Shown piece after piece: positions 50,845-60,162 of a stretch of 64,000 bases of DNA. Numbering within the stretch: position 1 is the stretch's first letter; every line of letters starts with the position of its first letter. The stretch comes from Sedimentisphaerales bacterium. Its GTDB lineage: Bacteria; Planctomycetota; Phycisphaerae; Sedimentisphaerales; SM23-30. Location of the stretch: NCBI GenBank assembly GCA_963663965.2, contig CAXXFK010000007.1, positions 96,001 through 160,000 on the forward strand, read 5' to 3'. Made by a program: the position numbers and the translations under genes. A model generated the notes under the pieces. It ran no database searches and was not told the DNA's origin. It worked only from the letters and a program-made list of their open reading frames with translations.

Positions 50845-51303
50845 ATGCAAGCAGAAATTCAATTTTCAGTTTTTCTGGTCAACAAACCCGGGATTCTTTC
50901 ACATGTATTGGACGCGCTTGCGAATGCCAAGGTGAATATTATTGCCATGACGATGATGGACTCGGTAGAGCATGGCGTATTAAGGCTGGTCTGTGCCCAA
51001 CCGGAACATGCCCGGGCAGTGCTCAAGGGACTTAATCTTCAAATCAACGAAACCGAGGTACTCTGTGTTACTCTGGCAAATCACGCCGGCGCATTGGCTG
51101 AGGTAGCGACCAAACTCTCGGCCGCGCATATCAATATAAATTACTGTTACGTTACCGCAGGCGCCCGCGGCGGCAAAACCACCGGGGTTCTCAAGGTGGC
51201 GGATCTTAAAAAAGCGATTAAAGTATTGAACGGCACGAGCGTCAAGGCGAAGACCGTAAAAAAAATAGCCCATCAGACCAAGCCCCGGGGCAAGAGCCGC
51301 TAA
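50845..51303 (+). CDS. Tandem ACT-domain protein
   Basis: QFSVFLVNKPGIL..VNI and NHAGALAEV..ININYCY repeats. Confidence 0.88.
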   Translation: MQAEIQFSVFLVNKPGILSHVLDALANAKVNIIAMTMMDSVEHGVLRLVCAQPEHARAVLKGLNLQINETEVLCVTLANHAGALAEVATKLSAAHININYCYVTAGARGGKTTGVLKVADLKKAIKVLNGTSVKAKTVKKIAHQTKPRGKSR

Positions 51304-51640
51304 TCTTTTACATGTGAAAGTTTGCGCGCAATATTAAAGAAATCTTAATTGGGGGGAAAATACTGCCGGGATCCCCTGTTTGGCTCCGGCGTTGCCGGGT
51401 TAGGATTTGGAGGACACGAATTTCGATAATGTATCAAAAAAGAGAGAAGATAATAAGTTGTCGAGATAAAAAAGTGAGGACAATCGATCGGGGTATTTCT
51501 GAAAGAAGGATTTCCGTTTCATAAGAAAAATGTAGTATTTGAGCCATAGATTATTAAATAAGATAATGGCATAGCCATCCATCAGGAATGGTTCGTAGAT
51601 CTGTTAGTATTTTATGTTAGGGAAAAATAATGAATACGCG

Positions 51641-51669
51641 TTGGCCAAATATTTAAAGTCGTGTATAAT
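51641..51669 (+). promoter_or_regulatory. Candidate sigma70 promoter for the multiheme cytochrome
   Basis: TTGGCC-N17-TATAAT. Confidence 0.5.
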
Positions 51670-51870
51670 TCAAGTGTGTCCATAAGGGCATCTGGTTTTG
51701 CCTTTTTCTATTCAGCGTGACCATGAAACATAACAATACGCATAAGAGGGTAGAGAATTCGTTCCATATTCGGGATAGTTATTCTAGCCGGTTATTCTCC
51801 GATCAGTATTTATCTGTTATTTGAGCCAGGTAGAACTTGTTAGAAGTTATTCAATAAGCGAGATGGTTTT

Positions 51871-54030
51871 ATGACGACCCAAACATATAATCCGTGCAGA
51901 GTTTTTATAACGGGATTTATGATTTTACTGGGCTGGGTTAGCCAGGGAAGGGGCCAAAACAGTGACAGCTACACTGTTTTGGGCTGGAATAATCTCGGGA
52001 TGCATTGTCTGGATGCGGATTTTTCCGTTTTCAGCATATTGCCGCCCTACAACAGTATTTTTGTCCAGGTGATCGATGCTCAGGGGCGCCTCGTTAATGT
52101 CCCAGGAAACCTGTCGGTAACTTATCACGCCGTGGCCGATCCGGACGGTTCGATCAATACCTCTTCTATCGGGAAAACCAATTTCTGGCAATATGCCGAT
52201 AAATTATTTGGCCTTCCGGCCCCCCTGCCCCTAGATACTGGTCTGCCGGTGCCCGGCCCCCAAGGATACGCCATGCCCGGTCAGGCGAACACCCCCCAGT
52301 CGATGAACTGGGAAGTCGGCATGAACTGGTTTGCGGCGTATGGCATTCCGATTGTCCCGCTGGACGATTCGTTACAACCGAATACATATCCCCTCATGCA
52401 GCTGACAGTTCAGTCGGGCGGCGTCACCCTGGGATCAACGGATATTGTCCTGCCGGTCTCGGATGAGATGGATTGCAGCGCCTGTCACGCCTCTGGTTCC
52501 GGCCCAGCCGCGCAGCCTGCGGCCGGATGGGTTTACGCGTCGGACCACCAACGGGATTACCGCTTGAATATCTTGCGCTTTCACGATGAAGAAATGGGGT
52601 CAGATTCGGATTTCCAGTCGGCGCTGGCGGCGGTTGGGTATAATTCAGAAGGTCTTTACGCGACGGTTGTCTCCGGCGGAACTCCGGTCTTGTGCGCCAG
52701 TTGCCACTTGTCAGAAGCGCTGCCCGGCAGCGGTCACGGCGATATCCCGCCCTTGACTCAGGCGGTCCATAATGCCCATGCCGGCGTAATTGATCCGACT
52801 AACGGGATGATACTCAACAGCAGCCTGAATCGTTCGGCCTGTTATCGCTGTCATCCCGGCTCTGAGACCCGCTGTTTGCGCGGGGCCATGGGCAAGGCGG
52901 TTGCCGCGGACGGCTCAATGGCCATGCAATGTCAGAGTTGTCATGGCTCGATGAGCGACGTCGGGAATCCCGGCCGGGTGGGCTGGCTGGATGAACCATC
53001 CTGTCAAAGTTGTCACACGGGCACAGTCACTCATAATAACAATCAGATTCGTTACACCACGGTTTTCACCGCACTCGGCATAATGCGTGAGGCGGTTGAT
53101 CAAACTTTTGCGACCAATCCCGATACACCTGCCAATGGTTTATCACTCTATCGGTTTTCCAAAGGGCACGGGGGATTATATTGTCAGGCCTGTCATGGCT
53201 CAACCCATGCGGAGTTTCCAACGTCACATCAGAACGATAATCTTTATAGCATTCAACATCAGAGCCACGAGGGGATGCTTGCCGACTGCCTGACTTGCCA
53301 TGCCTCGATGCCCAATACCGTAAATGGAGGCCCCCATGGCATGCACCCGATTGGACAGGACTGGGTGACCGAGCATCATGACAAGGTTAACGACAATAAC
53401 CGTGGCACTTGCCGGACCTGCCATGGCCTGGATTATACCGGGTCGGTACTATCGGTTGTGCAAGCAGGCCGCACCTTCGATCTGGGCGAGGAGCGCGGCG
53501 CCATTACCCTCTGGAGAGGGTACCAGATTGGGTGTTATTCCTGCCACAATGGCCCCGATGAAGGCGACCGGAATCCCAATACCCCTCCGGTCGTATCCAG
53601 TGCGACCGTACTGAATTGCGATAATTCCATCATGTCTATTTCCCTGTCTGCCCAGGATCCCCAATCCCAGGCCATGACCCTGCGGGTGATCCGCCAACCA
53701 GACCATGGCACGGTGAGTATATCAGGTAATATTGCCACTTATTATCCCGAATTACCCATGATGTACGGAACGGATTCATTCTATTTCGCCGCAAGGGATG
53801 GCCAGCTTGACTCTAATCTGGGTACGATAGTGATTAACGCCCGGCTTATAGACGATTTAAATTGCGACAATTTAGTAACGTTGCAAGATTTGACACAATT
53901 TACTGCCCAGTGGCTTGATTCTGCCTGTATCGTTCCCAGTTGGTGTGGCCGGGCCGATCTGGACCGCAGCAGCGCCGTGAACGCAAATGATTTCTCGATA
54001 TTCTCGCAATACTGGAATGAACAGAGATAG
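51871..54030 (+). CDS. Secreted multiheme cytochrome c (9 CxxCH) with cadherin/Ig-like and dockerin-like C-terminal domains
   Basis: CSACH, CASCH, CYRCH, CQSCH x2, CQACH, CLTCH, CRTCH, CYSCH; QPDHGTV...GTDSF Ig-like repeat; DLNCDNLVTLQD...ADLDRSSAVNAND paired Ca-loop module. Confidence 0.9.
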   Translation: MTTQTYNPCRVFITGFMILLGWVSQGRGQNSDSYTVLGWNNLGMHCLDADFSVFSILPPYNSIFVQVIDAQGRLVNVPGNLSVTYHAVADPDGSINTSSIGKTNFWQYADKLFGLPAPLPLDTGLPVPGPQGYAMPGQANTPQSMNWEVGMNWFAAYGIPIVPLDDSLQPNTYPLMQLTVQSGGVTLGSTDIVLPVSDEMDCSACHASGSGPAAQPAAGWVYASDHQRDYRLNILRFHDEEMGSDSDFQSALAAVGYNSEGLYATVVSGGTPVLCASCHLSEALPGSGHGDIPPLTQAVHNAHAGVIDPTNGMILNSSLNRSACYRCHPGSETRCLRGAMGKAVAADGSMAMQCQSCHGSMSDVGNPGRVGWLDEPSCQSCHTGTVTHNNNQIRYTTVFTALGIMREAVDQTFATNPDTPANGLSLYRFSKGHGGLYCQACHGSTHAEFPTSHQNDNLYSIQHQSHEGMLADCLTCHASMPNTVNGGPHGMHPIGQDWVTEHHDKVNDNNRGTCRTCHGLDYTGSVLSVVQAGRTFDLGEERGAITLWRGYQIGCYSCHNGPDEGDRNPNTPPVVSSATVLNCDNSIMSISLSAQDPQSQAMTLRVIRQPDHGTVSISGNIATYYPELPMMYGTDSFYFAARDGQLDSNLGTIVINARLIDDLNCDNLVTLQDLTQFTAQWLDSACIVPSWCGRADLDRSSAVNANDFSIFSQYWNEQR

Positions 54031-54199
54031 CGGCCGATAAAACAGATTTGACCGCAACCGCTGAAGAATTAGCCCCCGCCCGGTTAATGATGTCATCATC
54101 CAAAAGGACGCGGCGGTCCTATAATATCCTGTTTTGAAATGATTTAGGATTGGGTTTTTCTTTGAACTTCGACGTTGGGTTGATTATCATAACTGGACT

Positions 54200-55681
54200 A
54201 TGGAAACAAAACCGACAATAAATGAATACGAAATGGCCCGGCGCAATAAGCTGCCGAAAATTAAAGAGTTAGGATACGACCCCTACGGAGGCCGATTTGG
54301 TGGGACAGAGTCTTGTCAAGCGATTGCGGCCAAGTTTGATCCGGAACGTGAAGATATTGAGGTATGCGGTGCAGGGCGAATTGTGCTGTTTCGCGATATC
54401 GGCAAATTGATTTTTCTGACCATGCGCGACTGGTCCGGTCAGATTCAGGTCGGATTGAGCAAAAGTCTGCTGAATGAAAATGAATGGAAGTTGGCAAAGC
54501 TGCTTGACCTGGGTGATATTATTGGGGTTGAAGGCATTTTGGGCCATACCAAAACTGGTGAGATTACTATTTGGGCCAAAAAGCTAACGTTATTAACGAA
54601 GGCTACTGTGCCGCCACCAGAGAAATTTCATGGATTGCAGGATGTGGAACAACGTTATCGTCAACGCTACGTTGATCTGTTTAGCAATCCGGAGGTAATG
54701 AATACCTTCAAAGAACGCAGTCAGATTATTCATTTTATCCGTAACTTCCTTCAGGATAAAGGTTTCATAGAGGTGGAAACACCCATGATGCAGACAATTG
54801 CCGGGGGCGCCGCCGCAAGGCCGTTCGTCACGCATCATAATGCGTTGGATATGCAGTTATACTTGCGAATAGCGCCAGAATTGTATTTGAAACGCCTGCT
54901 GGTTGGGGGTATGGAGCGGGTGTTTGAGATTAACCGCAACTTCCGCAATGAAGGCATCAGCACCCGTCATAACCCTGAATTTACCATGTGTGAATTGTAT
55001 CAGGCTTATGGGGATTACAATGCCATGATGGATATTATGGAGGAGATGACATGTGCCTTGGTAGCTCAGCGCAGCGAGAATATGAAGCTGCCATTCAACG
55101 GTAGAGAAATCGATTATACCCGGCCATGGCGCCGGGCTACCTATGCGGAGCTATTTGAAGAACATGTCGGATGCCCAATGGCGCAGGTTGTTAAAGTTCG
55201 AGAAATTGCCCGCACGATCGGCCTGGCTGACAAAGAATCCGGCATGGATGATATGGTTGTCATTAACGAGGTGTTTGAACATTTCGTGGAAGAAAAACTG
55301 GTCAATCCGACTTTTGTGATCGATTATCCAGCGCCATTGTGCGTGTTGACACGACGCAAAGCGGATAATCCGGACATTGCCGAGCGATTCGAATTGTTTA
55401 TTTCCTGTATGGAAATTGCCAATGCTTATACCGAACTGAATGATCCGATGATCCAGGAAGAGAATTTCCGCAGTCAGCTTAAAGGCCAGGATGAAACCGA
55501 GGCGCAGATGGATGATGATTTCGTCCATGCGCTTAAACATGGCATGCCGCCGGCGGGCGGACTGGGGTTTGGGGTTGATCGGTTGGTGATGCTGATGACA
55601 GATTCAGTCAGTATTCGCGATGTCATTCTGTTCCCGCTGATGCGTGCCGTGACAGAAAAGAATGATTCTATAGAACAGTAA
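54200..55681 (+). CDS. lysS: Lysine--tRNA ligase (class II)
   Basis: RYRQRYVDL, GGAAARPFVTHHNAL, YLRIAPELYLKRL, HNPEFT, GMPPAGGLGFGVDRL. Confidence 0.98.
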   Translation: METKPTINEYEMARRNKLPKIKELGYDPYGGRFGGTESCQAIAAKFDPEREDIEVCGAGRIVLFRDIGKLIFLTMRDWSGQIQVGLSKSLLNENEWKLAKLLDLGDIIGVEGILGHTKTGEITIWAKKLTLLTKATVPPPEKFHGLQDVEQRYRQRYVDLFSNPEVMNTFKERSQIIHFIRNFLQDKGFIEVETPMMQTIAGGAAARPFVTHHNALDMQLYLRIAPELYLKRLLVGGMERVFEINRNFRNEGISTRHNPEFTMCELYQAYGDYNAMMDIMEEMTCALVAQRSENMKLPFNGREIDYTRPWRRATYAELFEEHVGCPMAQVVKVREIARTIGLADKESGMDDMVVINEVFEHFVEEKLVNPTFVIDYPAPLCVLTRRKADNPDIAERFELFISCMEIANAYTELNDPMIQEENFRSQLKGQDETEAQMDDDFVHALKHGMPPAGGLGFGVDRLVMLMTDSVSIRDVILFPLMRAVTEKNDSIEQ

Positions 55682-57093
55682 TGCATGTTATATTCTTATG
55701 TCTGAGATTTCTTCATAAACGCCGTATCGCATTCTTCGGTACGGCGGCAGTGGCATTATGCGTCGCCTTGTTGATTGTGATTACCAGTTTATTTACGGGC
55801 TTCATTCAGGCTTATCGTAATTACTGGCAGAGTTATTATGGCGATTTCATGTTCATGCCGAATATATCTTTATCACAGCCAAATGATTTGGCGGATGCGC
55901 TGGAATCGATTGAAGGAATTCAGAATGCCATGCCGGTAGTTGATCATGGCGGCTTGCTCTATCTGGGAAAGGGTAATGTTCGTGCCGTTGAGTTAATTGG
56001 TGTCGATTTTGGACGGTGGCTCAGACAAAATAATAAACCCGGCGCTATTTTGTCCGTCTGGCCAGATGCAGGAGAGCTAACTACTGAATTGCCGCCAGCC
56101 ATAATTGATCGGGCAGAAGCCTGGCATCTGGAACGGTTTGGGCGTGCTATGCTTCCAGAGGAACGGCCGATCCCGGCGCTGGTTGGGATTGGCATACTGG
56201 CCAGGCCCGATGAGATAACTGACCAGTACCCAATCGAACAACTTTTGAGCGACTTGCGAAATCTGGACGGACCTTTGCCGGTGATTTCCGGCACGGTCCA
56301 GAAAGATGGTTCTGACAATACTATGAGTGGCTATAAGCGGATTAACCGATTATGCTGGCCCGTTGCGATTGTGCAAACTGGAACGGTTGAAATTGATAAT
56401 AACAAAATATATCTGCCATTTCAGGCCGTTTCTGATATGGTTGATACCGCAGGAACAGGCAATGTGAGATTTCATATAACTTGCGATCCTATGCGATCCA
56501 AGGATGAACTGGAGCATTTGTTGTTTCGGGCCTGGAAGCAATTTGCCATAGAAAAGCTGGGCGTTTCTGAATTTGCAGCGAATGGCGCGTCTATTGAGCA
56601 GACCGCGAATAATTATTCTTTGGTGGTCTTTACCCGCGAAATTCGCAAACAGCTTTACATCATGCAAATAATTCTCAGTTTTATTTGTATGGTAGCGGCC
56701 TTGCTGGTCTTTGTAATTATAATGATGATTGTTATGCAAAAGAAACGGGATATTGGGATTGTTCGGGCCCTGGGCAGTTCCAGACGGAGTATAGCGCTGT
56801 TATTTATATTCTACGGTGGGGGGATCGGCCTGGCCGGTTCTGTTCTTGGGGTGATATTGGGAATCTGGGCTACCTGGAAAATAGATGTCCTCGAATCGTT
56901 GGTCAGCCGTATACTCGGCTTTAAAATATGGGTTACTGATGTCTATCTGTTTAGTCATATTCCCAATCAGGTTGATTGGTCCTCTTTAATCTGGATTGTT
57001 GTGGCGGGAGTTTTAACCGCGACGCTGGGAGCGTTACTGCCAGCCTGGCGGGCAGCCCGTTTGCAACCCGTGGAGTCATTGCGCTATGAATGA
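55681..57093 (+). CDS. LolC/E-like ABC transporter permease
   Basis: N-terminal TM, large periplasmic loop, KKRDIGIVRALG, PAWRAARLQPVESLRYE. Confidence 0.88.
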   Translation: MHVIFLCLRFLHKRRIAFFGTAAVALCVALLIVITSLFTGFIQAYRNYWQSYYGDFMFMPNISLSQPNDLADALESIEGIQNAMPVVDHGGLLYLGKGNVRAVELIGVDFGRWLRQNNKPGAILSVWPDAGELTTELPPAIIDRAEAWHLERFGRAMLPEERPIPALVGIGILARPDEITDQYPIEQLLSDLRNLDGPLPVISGTVQKDGSDNTMSGYKRINRLCWPVAIVQTGTVEIDNNKIYLPFQAVSDMVDTAGTGNVRFHITCDPMRSKDELEHLLFRAWKQFAIEKLGVSEFAANGASIEQTANNYSLVVFTREIRKQLYIMQIILSFICMVAALLVFVIIMMIVMQKKRDIGIVRALGSSRRSIALLFIFYGGGIGLAGSVLGVILGIWATWKIDVLESLVSRILGFKIWVTDVYLFSHIPNQVDWSSLIWIVVAGVLTATLGALLPAWRAARLQPVESLRYE

Positions 57094-58442
57094 GAGGGCC
57101 TGGTATGTATAAACGATTGCTTATCTGGCGCTATTTTACCCACAAGCGAGTATCGATCATTGCGGTCTTGGCGGTCATGTTGCTGGTGATGACGGTGGTT
57201 GTGGTATTAAGTATCATGTCCGGGCTTCTGGAGGAAATACGGGATAGGAATCATCACTGGAGCGGTGATATTATCATCACCCGGGATTCTCTCGTAGGCT
57301 TTGCTTATTATGAGGAGCTGATGGCCCGTATCGGTCAGTTAGACACGGTTGAACTGGCAACGCCGGTCATTCGCACTTTTGGTCTGGTCAATAATAATCA
57401 ATCCACTCAAATATATGGCTTACGGCTGGAAGAATTTTGTCGGGTTACAAAATTTGCTGATACTCTGAAAGTTGCCCAGGATGTGCCTTCATTTCAAGTG
57501 CCTTACTATGAAAATCGCCCTGATTCGGCAGAATTGGCCCGGCGCGGATGTATTGTTGGGGTAATGGACAATCTGGCGCATGACTATTCAGGTTTGCGGA
57601 CAAATAGTGGTTTAAGCTGGGATTTGACCGTATTTGCGCTGAACAGTAAAGGGGCTGTGACTGGATCGGATATCGGCCAGAGTCAACGATTCTGGTTTGT
57701 TAATGCATCAACGACTAATCTGGTGGATATCGATGCCGCAGTTTTCTACGTGGATTTCGAGCTATTACAACACTTGTGTCTGATGGATGGTTTTGATGGC
57801 CGTCCGCCGAGAATTAATGAAATCCGTATCGGCCTGAAACCTCATGCCAATTCGGTCCGGGCGCTGGTGGAAATCCATACACTGTTGAAACAATTTGTTG
57901 GAGATTATCATGAACAGGTATCTGGAAATCTGTTAGAGGACCTCCGAGCGGCTACCTGGAAAGAATTTCGCCGGGCAATGATTGCGCCGGTTGAGAAAGA
58001 GCGCAGTTTGATGACACTGGTATTTGGTATGATAGGTATTCTGGCAGTATTTATCATATTTGCCATTTTTTATATGATCGTAACGGAAAAGATCAGGGAT
58101 TTGGGCATTATCAAAAGTGTCGGTGCCGGGAATGGAGCCGTAGCCGGCATTTTTCTGGGTTTTGGCGCTCTGGTTGGCTTGATTGGCGCATCAATAGGGG
58201 CGTTACTGGGCAGTTTGTTGGTTATCTACAGTAATCAAATCGAAGATGTTTTATATCTTTGGTTCAAATTTCGGTTGTGGCCACCAGATTTGTATGCCAT
58301 TGCCAAAATCCCCGATCAGATCGAGCCGGTATTTGTGCTGGGTATTGTGGCGGCGGCTGTGGCAGCGTCAGTGGCCGGGGCGGTTTTTCCGGCGTTGCGG
58401 GCTGCCCGGTTAAATATTGTGGATACTTTACGCGTTGAATAA
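57090..58442 (+). CDS. LolC/E-like ABC transporter permease
   Basis: VVLSIMSG, MIVTEKIRDLGIIKSVGA, PALRAARLNIVDTLRVE. Confidence 0.88.
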   Translation: MRGPGMYKRLLIWRYFTHKRVSIIAVLAVMLLVMTVVVVLSIMSGLLEEIRDRNHHWSGDIIITRDSLVGFAYYEELMARIGQLDTVELATPVIRTFGLVNNNQSTQIYGLRLEEFCRVTKFADTLKVAQDVPSFQVPYYENRPDSAELARRGCIVGVMDNLAHDYSGLRTNSGLSWDLTVFALNSKGAVTGSDIGQSQRFWFVNASTTNLVDIDAAVFYVDFELLQHLCLMDGFDGRPPRINEIRIGLKPHANSVRALVEIHTLLKQFVGDYHEQVSGNLLEDLRAATWKEFRRAMIAPVEKERSLMTLVFGMIGILAVFIIFAIFYMIVTEKIRDLGIIKSVGAGNGAVAGIFLGFGALVGLIGASIGALLGSLLVIYSNQIEDVLYLWFKFRLWPPDLYAIAKIPDQIEPVFVLGIVAAAVAASVAGAVFPALRAARLNIVDTLRVE

Positions 58443-58457
58443 TTCTGAGACAATAGA

Positions 58458-59153
58458 ATGAAAGATAATCAGATAATTTTACATGCCAGCGGCCTGACAA
58501 AGTGTTACCTGATTGGCCAGGCTCGGCAACAGGTTCTTAACGGAGTTGATCTACAGGTTAAATCTGGCGAATTTCTTGCCATCATGGGCGCCAGCGGCAG
58601 CGGTAAAAGTACACTTTTGCATATTTTAGGGCTGCTAGATCGTCCGGATAACGGCACAGTTCAGTTTAACGGTCAAAATGTGTCAAAATTGAAATCAAAA
58701 CAACAAAACTATCTGAGAAACAGGGAATTTGGATTTGTATTTCAGTTTTATCATCTGTTGCCCGAATTAAATGTACGTGAAAATGTTACATTGCCCTTGA
58801 TGATTTCCAGCCCCATGGGCAAATGGTCTGCCATTCGGCAGGCATCGAAAGAAAGGGTTGACCATCTATTGGAATCTGTAGGCTTGCTGGACAGGGCAGG
58901 CCAGATGCCCAATACGCTTTCAGGAGGCGAACGGCAACGAATCGCACTGGCCCGTGCTCTGGTTTGTCAGCCCCGTGTCCTTCTGGCTGATGAGCCGACT
59001 GGAAATCTGGATTCTAAATCAGGAAGTGTTATTCTTGAGATTTTGCTGCAACTAAATCAAGCCGGCCAGTCGATTGTTATGGTAACCCACGATCCTGGGG
59101 TGGCAGAAAAAGGGCATAGAACCGTCCATTTAAAAGATGGCAAAATCGTCTGA
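58458..59153 (+). CDS. lolD: Lipoprotein-releasing ABC transporter ATP-binding protein
   Basis: GASGSGKST, GFVFQFYHLL LolD motif, LSGGERQR, LADEPTGNLD. Confidence 0.88.
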   Translation: MKDNQIILHASGLTKCYLIGQARQQVLNGVDLQVKSGEFLAIMGASGSGKSTLLHILGLLDRPDNGTVQFNGQNVSKLKSKQQNYLRNREFGFVFQFYHLLPELNVRENVTLPLMISSPMGKWSAIRQASKERVDHLLESVGLLDRAGQMPNTLSGGERQRIALARALVCQPRVLLADEPTGNLDSKSGSVILEILLQLNQAGQSIVMVTHDPGVAEKGHRTVHLKDGKIV

Positions 59154-59226
59154 TTTATGTTACTTTGAACGAAATATGGACTTATGATAAAAAATGTTAA
59201 AATAGGCAACTTAGAAAAGGTGTTTT

Positions 59227-60084
59227 ATGGGCTTGAAAATCTGGCTCAATGACAAACTGGTGGATGAAGCGGATGCCAAAATATCGGTATTTGACCATGG
59301 ATTGCTCTATGGAGATGGTGTTTTTGAAGGCATCCGTGTTTATAATAATAAGGTTTTTGAACATCAGGCTCATATTGAACGGCTGTATCAATCCGCGCGG
59401 GCTATTCGTTTGCATATTCCGATGGAAATCGACCCATTAATGGAAGCCGTAGAGGCTACAGTAAAAGCCAATGGGATAAAAGATGGATATATTCGCCTGG
59501 TGGTTACGCGCGGAATTGGAACACTGGGACTTAATCCTCTGGTATGTAAGCAGGCTCAAATCATCATCATTGCTTCAACAATTCAACTTTATCCAAACGA
59601 ATTATATGAAAATGGACTTAAAGTAGTGAGTGCCAATACGATGCGCAACCATCCGCTGGCAGTCAGTCCTCAGATTAAGAGTCTTAATTATCTGAATAAT
59701 ATTCTGGCCAAGCTGGAAGCCTTGGATCATGGGATGTTGGAAGCGATTATGTATAATCATATGGGTTACGTCGCGGAAGCAACCGGTGACAATGTATTTG
59801 TTGTTAAAGACAACAAAGTTTATACGCCGCCCATCTATAATGGCGCACTGGAAGGAATCACCCGGGCAGTAGTCATCAAGCTGGCCAGGACATCTGGATA
59901 CGAAGTAATAGAATCCAGCCTGACTCGATTTGACCTTTATGCCGCAGATGAAGTGTTTCTGACTGGCACGGCGGCTGAAGTGATAGGCGTTATCGAAATC
60001 GATGGACGTGTTATCGGCAAAGGGCATCCGGGATCTGTAACTCGAGATCTGCTCAAAAAGTTTGAAACTTATACCAGACAGTAA
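59227..60084 (+). CDS. ilvE: Branched-chain amino acid aminotransferase
   Basis: DHGLLYGDGVFEGIR, IKSLNYLNNILAK, EATGDN, LEGITR, FLTGTAAE. Confidence 0.95.
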   Translation: MGLKIWLNDKLVDEADAKISVFDHGLLYGDGVFEGIRVYNNKVFEHQAHIERLYQSARAIRLHIPMEIDPLMEAVEATVKANGIKDGYIRLVVTRGIGTLGLNPLVCKQAQIIIIASTIQLYPNELYENGLKVVSANTMRNHPLAVSPQIKSLNYLNNILAKLEALDHGMLEAIMYNHMGYVAEATGDNVFVVKDNKVYTPPIYNGALEGITRAVVIKLARTSGYEVIESSLTRFDLYAADEVFLTGTAAEVIGVIEIDGRVIGKGHPGSVTRDLLKKFETYTRQ

Positions 60085-60107
60085 AATAATTGCGAATAAT
60101 TTGAACC

Positions 60108-60143
60108 AGATCCGGTCGGAGCTTGCAGGCCGGATTTCTTTTT
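60108..60143 (+). terminator. Possible terminator between ilvE and the polyprenyl synthase
   Basis: AGATCCGGTC/GGCCGGATTT stem followed by CTTTTT. Confidence 0.45.
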
Positions 60144-60162
60144 CGACAATCAAAGAGCGTTC

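Noticed and set aside
51723..51824. 33-codon ORF upstream of the cytochrome
   Set aside because: No RBS and no leader-peptide-like composition
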